Positions 33,076 to 45,920 of a DNA stretch of 64,000 nt are shown in pieces. Source of the DNA: Dudresnaya verticillata (Eukaryota); contig OZ374561.1 of the NCBI GenBank assembly GCA_977862235.1, positions 1,550,001 to 1,614,000 of the forward strand. The letters are read 5' to 3'. The notes beneath the pieces are model-generated. The model made no database searches. It was not told the DNA's origin and was given only the letters and a program-made list of their open reading frames with translations. Made by a program: the position numbers and the translations under genes. Each line of letters opens with the position of its first letter. Within the stretch, counting starts at the first letter, position 1.

Positions 33076-35192
33076 ATGAGTGTCAACCAGCAGATGGTCT
33101 TCGGCAGTGCCGGTTCCAGCGCCGGCGTCCTTGGCTTCGAGATGGACGAGGCAGGAGTGCCGATGACGATTAAGAATAGCCGCGATTGGCTAGTGCGGAC
33201 GGACTTATCGCACCTCAACGCTAACGCGGGCGCCGACCGCAGTGAGATTCGCCGACGCGGCGTGCGTCGCGCACAGCACCGTACTTGGCATTCTCACGGT
33301 CGCCACCGTCTCGCGCTGCTGACCGGGCTCAATCGAGAGCTTCCAACGTTGGACTGTCCCTTGTTCTGGGATCTCGCAAATCCGCGTTTTCGACACGAGG
33401 TGTCGTATACTTCCGCCTTGGCGGGGCTCAATAACTTCCGTAGGGAAGAGCTCACCACCATCCATAACGCGGGTTCGTACGATCTGAGTATCGTGTGCCA
33501 TCCGAGGCCCTTGATTCGCCCAGGGAGGGAAAATTACCCAGATACGATGGCGCGAGTAGTCCGTTGGGACGAATCCTCGAACTTCAAATATTCGTTGGAC
33601 AGCCCACAAACGGCTATGCCGACAGATTTGGTGCGTTTCGAACGCCGCCATCGCCATCGAACTGGCTGTTTCGTTCCGGTGCATTGCCAAGAAGGACGTC
33701 TATACGTCCCGAATTCTACCGGATCAAGTATCCTCAGATCCCCGATGATCACGTTGGCTTAGAAGTGTCTTATTCGATGCTCGTGGGCACTCCTGCCATT
33801 CTGGCATATCTCGGTTTGGAGATGATGAGCGTTTCATACGACGAGTCGAAGTTATGGACCATCTTCAGGCACGAGTGGATTGTTTTGGTGACCCAAGTTT
33901 TCATGTATGAAGCCCGTCGGGGCTTTTTATACTTCATAAGCGCACCCTTACGGGCTCGCATTCGCTTCCTCGGCTCCACTGCCTTTACCGCTAACGCGGA
34001 AGACACGGCGGATCTGGATTCCATTCTGTCCTTCGTGGAGCGAGTCCGATGGAGCCGTGTCACCAAGCGTAATCGCTTTCTACCCGAGAACACGGGGCAT
34101 ATTACGCCAGTCTTCGACAGAGGCGACTGGGTGGAATTCGATCCGGACAAGTGGGTCCCCGTCTTACCAGACGTCATGCGGGAGAAGTGCCCGGTCGAGG
34201 GCGAGAAGGTATCCCTAGATGAGGGTGAGCGCCGTACAGGCTACACCGGCGGTTGGGTCAGCGCCAAGTGGCGTGATGAGGGTCCCGCGAACCCGGACGA
34301 AGTGCCATCGTTTGACGACACCGTCGACGGGCATCCGCAAGGTCCGTACGTACCGCTGGTCGCTCACCACTACCGCGCCGATGCGGAAATCCGCGACGTG
34401 TTCAATCGTCGCGGGTTGGCCATCAGGTTGGCAGTGCATTGGAATATCCACAGCCTCACTGTGGCGAGCTTAGCGGACTGGATCGAGGAGGTTTTAGCCG
34501 AATACGAGGCGCATTGGATCGAGACTACGGGTCCCGTGGAGCAAGCCTGCCTTCGGGCGCATCTTCAGGTGTTACCGCCTTTGGGAGGTGTCAAAGCGGA
34601 AGAAGCTGGAAACGCTACAGGGGGTGTTCGCAAGAAGAACCGTGAGGGGATTGGTCACCCACAGCGCCCAGCCGCCGTAGCCCAAGGGGCGATTGGTGCC
34701 AAGTTAGGCCTTGACGCCCGCGAAGCCACTGAGGCTGATGCCAGCAAGATTCCACGCGAGGATCACCTTGAGATGCCCACTCAACCGGCTCGTCAACCCG
34801 AACCTCGGCAGCCCATGACTTCGGCATCGGCGTCGGCGGGGTCTTCTGGAGCGACTCCTACCGCGGCCCCAGAGGGGGCTAGTGAAGCTTCACCGGCTGA
34901 TCGCAGCCAGGCGGGGATTCCGGGTAAGATCTCATCGGGTGTTGACCCTTGGCTTCCGACAATCACGACGCCTTCCGCGTCTGGGAGCGGCCCGGCTCCC
35001 CAGCCTCCGCTTAATCCCTCTGATGCGATGGATGGCGACATTACGCCTGCAGGGGACGTTGCCCAGCCATCAGCGTTGGCTCCGGAGACCTCCGAAGTCA
35101 TTGTCAAGACGGGGCTACTCTTCAAGGAAGAGGATGAGATACAGCCCATGGAGGGCGAGGGTAAGCATGAAGGCTCACCCATGGATATCTAG
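33076..35192 (+). pseudogene. Antisense accessory ORF of E2 (one frameshift near 33705)
   Basis: VRFERRHRHRTGCFVPV and PAILAYLG..WTIFRHEWIV..YEARRGFLYFI align with the E1 ORF. Confidence 0.8.
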
Positions 35193-36167
35193 GGACAGGG
35201 TTTAGGCTGTGATGGCACAGCCAGTGAAGGCTTTGGTGGACACCGAGGTCGCGGCCCTCGTCGTGGCGTGGAGCGCGCATTGTGCGCGAAGTGCGCCGCG
35301 TCACGACGACGCGTGCGCCGTCTGGGCCTAATCCTCCGCTCGAGGAGAATGAGGTCATTGACCTTCTTTCCGATTAGCGCATAGCGCGTTAGCTCCAGGC
35401 TCCATGCCTTAGACTTGCGAGAGGCTGTTCCGCTAAATAAATTCGTCTTGTATGCTTGGCTCCCTTGCCTTTGGAAGGCGTTGCGCGCACCTGCGCATGG
35501 TAGTATTCCCACTCCGGGACTTAGCGGAAGTGTATCGCTTTGGTTCAGTTCCAGAATAGAGGAAGTGAGCCCTTGAGCTCGCGTGCTGTGTGGCACCACG
35601 CGCCGTGGGACAACCTCTCATTGGGTGATCATTCCGCCTCCCTGGCACCACTCGTGGAGTGAGAGGGTGCCAGCAATGCGTTACCATATGCTACAGTGGT
35701 TTTGAAGAACACTATAGCCGAAGCGGTGAGACGCTGCTTTAGAGACTCCCCATTGGAGCCTCATTTCGCCTCCCTGGCTGCGGTGACCTATCAGCGGCAG
35801 TTGTTCCGCTCTACAGTAGCGAGTGGCAGTACTGTAGCGCTTTTTGGCGCGAAGCCAACGCCTCGCAGGCTAGCCGCGCTGTTGAGCGAGGTTACGCGTC
35901 CTTGGTTCCGCCCGAAGCTCCAGGGGTTATTGCCAAGAAGGCTTCCCTCGACGAGGACACCATATCTTAGAGGCTCTTCGCGCCTGCTTCGGCATTACGC
36001 CGTAGCCGTAATGGACGCTCAAAGGGTTGGCCCTATTTCTGTCTGTAATGCCCCGTCGAGGGCGCGAAAGCGTGCACGCATGCGTCATACTCGCGCGCAG
36101 CATCACCGAGGTTGGACTTCGAGGAAGTTGGTCAACTTATAGCGGGGCTCGCCCCGGGCGTAGGCCC

Positions 36168-36420
36168 TCAATCAGGATCTAAATCCTTATGTCCCTCATA
36201 CGAGCAACGTTCGTGGTTCACATCTATCCATGTAGCTATACAGCTCATGTATCCAGAATCTCGATTCTTGAATCATCTATCCATTTCCAGAGTCTTGACT
36301 CTTCCAGATTCATCCATTTCCAGAGTCTTGACCCTCCTATTTCCATTTATACAGTTTGTTGTTAGTCAGTTTAATAGATTAAAGGGGGGAATGGTCATTC
36401 CCATTCCCTATTGTTATACA
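36168..36420. mobile_element. 253-bp AT-rich insertion flanked by TAGGCCC direct repeats
   Basis: TAGGCCC at 36161-36167 and 36421-36427; internal duplication of ATCCATTTCCAGAGTCTTGAC. Confidence 0.6.
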
Positions 36421-36595
36421 TAGGCCCATTGGCCGTTCTTTTTATCGCTACTGCAGAGCGTAGTACTCGTCATCCACGGGGGGTTAACCTCGTTAGGCGC
36501 TTATTCGCAACTGGCGCCTGAGTTTGCAGGGCCAGATCTAGCCTCTTCTCGGCGCATTTGCTCTCCTTGAGCGATGTCCTAGCGTAAGACGCTTA

Positions 36596-39500
36596 TTACG
36601 GGAGAGCAGCCCCTTTGCCTCGATGGTATCTTGCCACCAAGTTATGAGGAAGATGTTCCTTGGGCTCTCAGGTGTCTTCGGATGCTGGGAGCTGAAACCA
36701 CCGAATGCGGTAGAGGCGTCGATCGGCATCATAAGACACAATGCGGTCGTAAACTCGCTCGCGCGGCGGCGCTTTCTTAAAACGAGAAAACTTCCGCGGG
36801 GAAGAGGGGTCGTTCTGAGTAGTCGCCGAAGCGCTTGGCCCGGCGGTTCCAGGATCGCGATCCGAATCGGGAGGGGCCGCAGCCACTGTCTCTTGGGGAC
36901 CTCGCATGTTTGCCCCATTGGTCGGCGGCACCGCGAGAGTCTGATTATCCGGAATATCGGTAACTCCCTGTCTCTCGGTACTATGAGGATCGGTACCCGC
37001 ATTTGCGCCTTCAACTCGTCCGTCCGGCGCCGTAGAGCCTGGTGGCGTGCGGTCCACTACAGAAGGGTCTTGACCCTGCGCGCCGGGTTCTTCATGCGGC
37101 GAGAGGGCCAAGGTGACCCGGTCCAGAGATCTCGTCTCTCTATCTCCTTTGATGTCGAGAACGACAACGTGTGTTACGCGTTCCAGAACCTTATACGGCC
37201 CGAGAGCCTTAGGAAACAGCTTTCCCTCGCGGGCCACACCTGAAGCGTCCTTCACCTTCGTTTCCCTCTTTAGGAAAACCCAAGACCCAGGTCTCACTTT
37301 CTGGTTAGCCGGTCGAATCCGATTATTGAAATTCGTTTCATAGCGCCGTTGCGCTAACTTCATCCGCGGTAAGGCCGTATCCATCAGCTTCTCTAAGCGT
37401 AGAGTCAGCCGCTTCTTAACGTTAGTCGCCGACACGTGGTCGACGTCCACTGTCTCTGCTTGTTCCATTAAGATGGATGTCGGGGGGTTAGATAACACCA
37501 GATCGAAGGGCGCCAGGCCCGTAGCACGATGTACAGTAGTGTTATACGCATACGTTAAAGCGGAGGTAAACTCGTCCCAGTCTTTCTGATCTTCGGCAAT
37601 GAAGTGTCGCAAACCCGCTAGGAGGGTACGATTGAATCGTTCTGTCTGACCGTTCGTCCGCGGATGATAGGTTGACGTAAACATATTCCTAATTCGAAGG
37701 ATGTCGCACACCGCGAGGAAGAACTTGGACGCGAATTGCGAGCCATTGTCCGAAAGGACGTAACGGGGTGGACCGTATATGAAAACCCAATGCTCACAGA
37801 AAGCCTTGGCCACCGTATAGGCTGTGACTGTCTTCAACGGTATCGCTCTTGTGCGTTTGGAGAATCTGTCAGTCATGACTAGAAGGAACTCATTTCCTTT
37901 GCCTGAACGGGGCAGGGGCCCAAGGATGTCGATCCCAATAAATTCTAAGGGCAACGTTGCCGGGAATAACTTCATATGGGAAGTATGTTTTCGAAGCTGG
38001 ACGCGCTCTTGTGTGCACTTGACGCAATTCCTTACGGTTGCGTACACGTCCAGAGCCATTTCGGGCCAATATACCTGTCGTCGAAGGTTGTGATACATCC
38101 TGGTGCCACCAGGGTGGCCGGCCAACTCCGGGTAGTGCGCTAGGTGTAGGACCTTTTCTTTCAGCTATCTAGGTACGAGTACCTGTAGCGCGTGGTCTAC
38201 GTACGACTTGCGCACAAGGAGTCCTCTCCTATCCTCGAGGTAGCAACCGGGCTTACCCGTCTCGAGGTTCCGCCGGACCCAGACGCAGAAGTCCTCTGAT
38301 TTTTGCTCTCGGAGCAGCTCCTCCACTGTTATGAGGGAGAGACCCTTCTGTGGTGATTCCTTGTCGGCCACCTGAGCTATTAGCTGTTCGTCATCCGAAG
38401 GGTCGTCGTCCCGAGGTTCGACTTCCCAAACCTCTAAGGGTCGGGGTGGTGAACCCGTTCGCGGTTTCCGCGTTGGCAACCGTTCGTCGCAGGCGTCCCT
38501 TCGATCTTCTTCGATTAAAAAACAGGGGATCTCGAGGTCCGGTTCCCACTGGGTAAAGCCGTAGGTTGGCAGCCGAGAGGCGGCATCAGCGATCTGATTC
38601 TTCTTTCCTTTTCGTTATTGTACCGTGAAATCATATTCCAACAGGCGTAGCCTCCAGCGGGCCAGTCGCCCTGAAGCATCGGTCATGCTCATCATCCATT
38701 TTAAAGCTTGGTGATCCGTATACAGGTCGAAATGGGACCGCTCCAAATATGGACGAAGCATCTGCGTTGCCCAGACCACTGCTAGGCATTCTTTCTCGCC
38801 TACCGAGTAGTTCTTTTCCGCCTTTGTTAGGCCGCGGCTCCAAAACCCTATGGGATGTCGGGTGCCATCTTCTTCCATCTGCATCAATGCGCACCCGAGT
38901 TGGTAGTCACAAGCGTCCGTGTCGACGGAGAGAGCCTTGCCTTCTTGAGGGAGCCGCAGTATCGGCGGAGCGACTAACGCTTTCTTGAGAAGTTCAAACG
39001 CTTCTCGCTGACGTTCGTCGAACGTTGGCAACTCGAAGCCCTGATCTTTTTGTAGGAGTGAGTTGAGAGGGGCCGCCACACGCGCGAAGTTAGGCACGAC
39101 GCGCCTGTACACATTGCAGATTCCAATAAATGACCGTAACTGGGTCTGAGTCTTCGGCTCCTTAAACCCTTCGACGGCTTGGGTATTCTTGGTTGCCACT
39201 TCTAGCAATCCCGGGCGGATCACGTGCCCTAAGTATTCAACGCTCTTCGTGAAGAAGTTGCACTTCTTTAGTTTCAGCGAAACTCCTGCTTCTTGCAGTA
39301 CTTCGAGAATATCCTTCACGTGTTTGAGGTGTTCGTCGACCGTCGTCGAGAATATAATGATGTCATCCAAATAGACTAAACAGGTTTTCCACCTAAATCC
39401 GGAGAGTAGGATATCAACCGTACGTTGAAAGGTCGCGGGAGCGTTACAGAGTCCGAAGGGCATTCTGCAAAACTGGGAACATCCGGCATGGCAAGTGAAA

Positions 39501-41049
39501 GCCGTTTTGTGCTTGCCATCTTCCTCGACTGGAATTTGCCAATAACCGGAATTGCAATCCAAGGTCGTAAAGTATTGGGCGTTTCCCAGCGAGTCCAGGC
39601 ACTCGTCCATCCGCGGGAGAGGATAACTGTCCTTCATTGTGATAGCGTTGAGCTTGCGGTAATCGACGCAGAAACGTAGGGACCCATCGGGTTTCTTGAC
39701 CAGCACTACGGGGCTTGCGAACTCCGTGCGAGCAGGCTCGATGACTCCTTCTTTAAGCATCTTGTCTACTTCGTCTTGTTCGACTTGTCTATCTTTCGGG
39801 CCCGACCGATAGGGTTGCGAGAATACAGGTTTGCAACCTTCTTGCAGTTCAATTCGGTGCTTCGTCACCTTGATTGTTCCCAGTTGGCCATCCCACATAC
39901 CGGCGAATGGTCGGAGCATTTTTCGTACTCGACGACGGATCGGCTCGGACAGGTGCTCCAGTGCCAAGTCATCGACTGACATGGGAGAGGCAGCAGCGAG
40001 TCCCGCCCTCCCCACATCGGGGAATGTGTCCGGTAGACATGGACACGGAGGTGTCAAGACTGAGGTCAGGATCAGGTTCCTCGATGGAAATAGCGTACAC
40101 CGGCGTCCAGGTGGGCGCCGGGACAGCCTTTCCGAGGCTTTGATTCTTCTGAAGCTGCTGCATGCGCGGCGAGAAGTTCGCAATCTTCACATGGAAGAGC
40201 CGATTCGATTGGAGATAGACTATACCGTTGGTCACGACGACGTGTTGGCGGTCGTATAACCGGGGAAATGATTCAAGGAAGTGCGTGCCTTGGGCCGAAC
40301 AGGTCACGGCGACCCATGTTTCACTGCCCGGTTGTAAGTTAGTGCGTTCAGCAACGCGGATTAGTCGCGCGTTAGGTAGGGGTGGGACATCCATTGGTTC
40401 CGAAAGGGGTCCCTCACGGGGTATGCCACAGCGGCGCCTTAGGATTGGGTGTATCGACCCGTCGCGGAGAACGATGTTCTGTTTCCGGACACGTAAACCC
40501 TCGAAGTGGGTATCGATAAACGTGCATCCAAGGATGGAGTCGACCGCCAATGCCTTGACGACAACGAAAGGTTGTCGAACCGTGTAGGATCCCACTCGCA
40601 CAACCAGTGAGATGGTCCCTAGAGTAGTTAGTTTGTGACTTGACGCAGACGTCAAGTTAACGATCGACCTGTTCGTCTAAATGCGCTTCCTTTCCTCCGG
40701 AGAAGGACTTCCGCCCGGATCAGATTAGGGCCAGCCCCTGTATCCAATACAGATAGTACTCGAGTGAGTTTGTCCATCAGAAGTCCCGACGGACGCAGCA
40801 ACTTTATAGTTGTAGCGTGACAGGGAACAGATTGGGTCCTTACAATACTCGTCATACGTACGCCCACGAGGTAAGCCCATGGGGCGGGTTAAGATGTTCT
40901 TCGGAACGGAAGCAACATTCTCATGTGAAACCGGTCGATCCGTGGAGAAGCTGTCGAAGCTCGTGCTAGTGAAGCTGCGTGCAGCGAATCGATCGGGGGT
41001 TCCGATGTAACCTGAGTGATAGGGTCAACCGAAACCGGTTCCCCCCTCT
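36596..41049 (-). pseudogene. pol: pol of E2 (PR, RT, RH, IN, chromodomain) with stops and frameshifts
   Basis: LDTGAG, YLDD, DAC..TDH, GHPG..CVKC, SDNG..QTERFN, YRIRWF..DT*EP. Confidence 0.95.
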
Positions 41050-43700
41050 CTAGTTTTTCGCCTTGAGCGCGGGCGACCGTGCTAACGGTGGTGGTGGCGG
41101 GAAGGGTCGTGACCCTGGTCTTGGTGACCGCAGCGCTTGCCTTGGCGCGTCGATGGGGTGATTCAGACCCGGATGAAATTGAACTTGCCTATTTCCGCCG
41201 GCGCCCGCGCCCATATTTTGACGCGCGCCGGTCGGTGGCCCAATCGCTTGGCCTGTCGAGGCCGGTCCATTTGCGAAGTAGGGTAAACGCCCAACGGTTG
41301 CCAACCATTCTTTCTTCTCATGCGAGAGCGCTTGGAACTGCCTCCTTTTTAGAGTCTCAAAAGACTGTTCGTCCGTACGCGCCAGGTGAGGGCAATTTGG
41401 CTTTTTATGGCCGACGCCACAACACTCAAAGCAGATATCATTTGGTTGGTCCTCGACCGTCTGATACCCAGAACGCTGCGTCCTTGTTGGCTGAGCCCAG
41501 GCGGGGAGCCTAGCATTGTAGTTTTGGATTACTGCATCCACTTCGCCATAATATGGCTGACCATAGGAGTATTGCCCGGAGGACCAGCTGTCTGATTGGG
41601 TTGCAGTTGATGGTGGCGCTTCTTCATCTATAGCCGCGCCGACGGCATCTTCGTTATCGTCCTCAGAGTCGCTGCTCTTTGAGGATTCCGAGTCAGATTC
41701 TCCCGAGCGCCTCGATTGGCGAATGAGAAGGGACCGACCGGGTTTTTTGTCCGTACCTTCGCGAGGGTTTTCTTATGCAGCGTCGAGGTTGCTTTCTTCG
41801 CTCGGTCACCGCCCACTAGGGCACGATGGGAATCCCCCTGAACGGTGGCGAGCTCGACATAGTCTGCCAAACGGGCGGTCCGTGGATCCAGAGAGGTAGT
41901 GCTTAGCAGCAGCTTCACCGCGGAGAGAAGACCCCTAATAAAGCTTGTTATTAATTCTTGCTCTGTGTAGACCCCAGCGACTCGTCGCGCCTGGTTTTGC
42001 AACCGTCGGGAGAAGGTGAGCTCGTCCTCATTCGGCTCTTGTGCCATAGTGTCCATATCAGAGGTTATCCTCTCGATGTAGACGTCTTTCGCATACGTGC
42101 GAAGAAGGTAATTGAAGGCCTCGACCCACACGGTGAATCCACCATTATCATCTCCTGCAGCGTCGAAGTTCGCTTCAAACATGTCTTTGGCATCTTTTTC
42201 CAGAAATTCTGGGATGACAAGGATAGCTGCTCCTTCACTAATGTGAGCTTGGTCCAGCTGTCGTTTCAGCGTTGCGAGAAATCCGATAATGGATACAGGG
42301 TCGCTTCCGTCGAACCGGCGACTTCTCATCGCGGTTTTCACCCGTTTTATCTTCTTCGTCGTAGTCTCCGTGACTTCCGGTCCCCGGTAGTCATCCAGGT
42401 TCAACAACCTATACCTCCTGTACGAAAGTACGGGTATGAAAGCAGGGTTCCTCGGAATTAATTCCTTTAAACCGGAGCGCCGGGGCCCCTCCCAAGAAGA
42501 CCAGGTGGATCGGGAGAAGGTTCGTGACTGTGGCGCTTCGTCCTCGGACGGACCTGAGGTAGGGTGTGCTTCCGGATGGGGGTTCCCGCCATTTCGATGG
42601 CTCGAATGCCTATCGGGGCGAGACCGAGGTTGACTCGGTCGGTGATTTGGACACCGGGCCATTTCCTCATCGTCTTGAGATTCTTGGCCTGACCCGTGAT
42701 GGGGTAACCTTCTGCGATGGTCTCGCGTGCCTCGAGGCACTGGCGAACGACGCCGCATTATCTCAGGGACGACTTCCCTTTCGCGGTTGAGTCGCCGCAT
42801 TTGGGCTGCTATCATAGCGACTCGACGCTTCTCCGCATCGAGCTCCTGTTGGAGGAGCTCGATGCGTCTGTCCTGTTCAACACAGCGAGTGTTGTCTACG
42901 CCCAACTGGGCGTCTGAAATAGCCAAAGCGGCTTCTTGTCTTGAACGGTCGGCATCCGTTGTAACCTGGTCTAACTCCTGGTGGATCAAGTCTAATTGGT
43001 CCCCCAAGGAATCGACCTGGGCTTGTAGGGTTTCGACCCGTTCTTCGTGTACTCCTCGAGAGGAGGTTTGTCGACATCGAGAATCGATCTCTTCTTGGAC
43101 CTTTGCCAATAATTGATCACCCCGGCGGGCTGTTGAGTCGTCGAAATAAAGCTTCACCCTCGAAAGGGTTTCGTCGGCTTGACTCTCGAGCAACGCTCGG
43201 ACGCTCGTGACGAGAGCATTTTCGATGCCCAATTCGACCATCTGGCCTATCTCACGTTCTGAGAAGCACCGTTGGTCGGTCGAATTGGCCTCCGTTCTCA
43301 TTGGCACCCCTATGTCCGGGGGCAATGATGACGTCGTCACATCTTCTAGGGCCTGTCCGCCCGTGCCGTGCTGGCTAGTCCGACTGATGGGCGGCGGCGG
43401 CATACTAGGGTCAGGACCCTCATTCGCGCCGTAGTTGGCGGCGCTTGCGGAAGCGGTCCTGACCGTATTTTCTTCATTCGGGACCTGTCCCTTCTCTGGA
43501 ACAGGTGGTTCGTCATCTCCTGGAGCGCCCGCCATTCGGGGCGGGCGTTCCACTTCTCCTACTAAAGGATTTTGGGCAAGAGCGGCGGCGGCCGCACGGG
43601 TTCTCGCCCCAATTGTCCTCACGGAGGAAAGACTGCCGGAACGGCTTCCACCACGACTGGTTAAACCCGGTCGGGTTGTATCGCCGTTGGAATTCGGCAT
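41050..43700 (-). pseudogene. gag: gag of E2 (frameshift near 41700)
   Basis: FDGSDPVSIIGFL; zinc knuckle CFECCGVGHKKPNC; N-terminal coiled coil. Confidence 0.9.
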
Positions 43701-44150
43701 GTTGAGGTCGGTCTTGACGACCTAAACGAAGGATATCGGTCCTGTGGCTGCCTGACGGGAATTTTTTCCAAGTGGGCAATCTTCTTCAGAACCGTCGTTC
43801 TCGGGGTTACGGGCGATTCTGACCACGCGGTCTTTCCGCAATGCGCGCCCGCACAGCCCGTACAAGGGACGTTTTTTTGTACAGGTATTACGATAACCTG
43901 TTGAGGTTCTCACGGACGTCAATCCACGACTAGGATATGCTCGTTGAACTGAATAAACCGCCACGGCGGTAGGGGTGCTTGCACTAGATTTGACGTCACT
44001 CCAACGCTTGGTATGAAGCTTAGGGACGACTAGGGTTTCAACGTCAGGTAGTCGAACCTTGAGATCTTGCAGGGAGAAAACTCGATCCTTGAAAATTCCA
44101 AAGTGATGGACTGACGTTGAGGTAATAAAGGGAACCGACCCAGAACCTAT

Positions 44151-44167
44151 TCTACGTCGGGAGACCA
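44151..44167 (-). other. Primer binding site of E2
   Basis: TGGTCTCCCGACGTAGA next to the LTR end ACTACA. Confidence 0.9.
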
Positions 44168-44168
44168 C

Positions 44169-44547
44169 TGTAGTAGTATGGCGCGACGATCCAGTAGCCC
44201 GCTAAACGGCAAGGACAGCTGTCCCGTGCGTGCACACACCCTAGCGAGGGTAGCTCAAATGGGGAGTTGGTAGAGACTTTGAGGGAAAAGGGAAAAAGGC
44301 TAGCGTGCCTGAAAGGAAGGGAAAAAGGGCGGCGCCACCCTAACACTCGTAGAGTACAAAGCCGTACGAGGCTAAAGCTTGTAAAGCACCTGGAAGGGGG
44401 AGTACGGTGAGCCCGTGTAGACCAAAGAAAGGGTACAGACCCGAAACCCACCGTAGGGTTCTATTCAGCAGACCCCTGCTAGTCAGGGGCGCAATAAATA
44501 TGGCGAAGGCCGAAAGCGCCTTCGCCGCTATTCCATTTCTAAGCTAT
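44169..44547 (-). repeat. 3' portion of the E2 5' LTR, cut by E4
   Basis: Ends TACTACA before the PBS; similar to the 3' half of the E4 LTR. Confidence 0.75.
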
Positions 44548-44680
44548 TGTAGTTAGCATTAATAATTACAATGAGGTAGTGAGCGGTCCTACTCCGCCCT
44601 GCGCACGTAAGGTGCTTATGACTCGGGCGCGCTCCTGCGCGTGAGATCGTGATAAATCAGCCAATCACGGCTAGCCATCT

Positions 44681-45444
44681 TGTGGTGCAACGGCAAGGGG
44701 GCCGCCGAAAGGAAGCAACTCGACGGGCCAACTGTACGATCGGCCCAACCAAACGAAGACACTTGGCCAATGAAGTCGCGCCGTCAGCGCGCGGACGGCG
44801 GTGAGCGCGCGAAAGTTTGAAACGTGGCCACCGACTGTACACGTGGCTCACACGTGGCCACCTACGACACCGAAGCGCACCACGTGTCCTGCTGTACATG
44901 TATGATCCGGTTCGCGGCCGGACACAAATGAAAATTGGATTTGGCCGCAAGGTGAATCAAAGGGAAGACAGTGGAAAAATCAAGGGGAAATCTAACTCAT
45001 TTGGCCAACCACTAACGAACAAGTACTTGGTTTAGTCTGGTAAGGGTACAACATTGGCCCGACACCGGAACACAAGTAGATATTATGGCCGACCGGAGTA
45101 ACCTCGGCCACCAGCTGTAGAATAGCTCTAGATTAGCTCTGATGGCCAATTTTGCGCCTACTTAGCTGGCCACACACTACGGCTCAGCCGAAAAAGGTAC
45201 GAAGCCGTCCCGCCAGAGGTTGGGAGTAAAGTTAGCAACTGAACCCCCGACTTGGCCATTTTCTGTCCTCATCACAGATTCTGGCCACGACTTCGTCTGC
45301 GCGCTCCCGCTCTACCACGCTTGCTACCGGCGCGCAGGTCCGTTCTACGTTCTGGCCATTTTTAGGTCAAATCCGACAGGTCTTTGCGGTCTTCTTGGGG
45401 TCTCGTTGGGCTGCCGTACGCGGTGGTGCTCCAGAGATACTACA
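44681..45444 (+). repeat. 5' LTR of E3
   Basis: Direct repeat of 57217..57980. Confidence 0.97.
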
Positions 45445-45445
45445 C

Positions 45446-45462
45446 TGGTCTCCCGACCTAGA
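45446..45462 (+). other. Primer binding site of E3
   Basis: TGGTCTCCCGACCTAGA. Confidence 0.92.
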
Positions 45463-45920
45463 AGAGCAGTTGTGATTTCGGCCCTATTTCTCCGTTAGAA
45501 GACTCGAGTAGCTGGCCGTAGTCGACGACGGCCAGTGTCTTCCTCACTACTGTGGTGGCCAAACCCCGCAAGTTGCAGATTGCGGGTTAGTAACTACCTG
45601 GTTCCGCAATCTGATTGTCAGTTTACTTCAACCCGTTTCTGTGGACACAATCTAGGTCACAGGCCAGATACCCGTCGCTTGGTTCGTTCCCAGGTTGGCT
45701 ACTTTGCACACTCGCTGGTTCGTTCCCAGCACAGGGAGCTTTGCACACGGTAGTGTCCGGCCTTGGTATAGGGACTATTAGCTTGGAATCGTCCGTTCCC
45801 ACCCCTGTGTTTTGCACACAACAGTGTGGTTCCCAGGAAAGCCACTTTGCACACGTCGGCCACGGGTTGGCCACGAATCGCTAGAAGTATCTGGCCAATC
45901 AGTCTCCGACGTACTTCGTC

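Larger units (their letters stand above)
32729..44547 (-). mobile_element. Ty3/Gypsy chromovirus E2 (degraded host element)
   Basis: Partial LTR, PBS, gag, pol with chromodomain, antisense ORF. Confidence 0.92.

Noticed and set aside
32011..35192. The LTR as the 5' LTR of an element expressing ORF 33076
   Set aside because: No PBS follows, the GTCGG TSD shows a solo LTR, and the ORF position matches the antisense ORF of E2.
44444..44527. Hammerhead ribozyme
   Set aside because: No CUGANGA core is correctly placed relative to GAAA on either strand.
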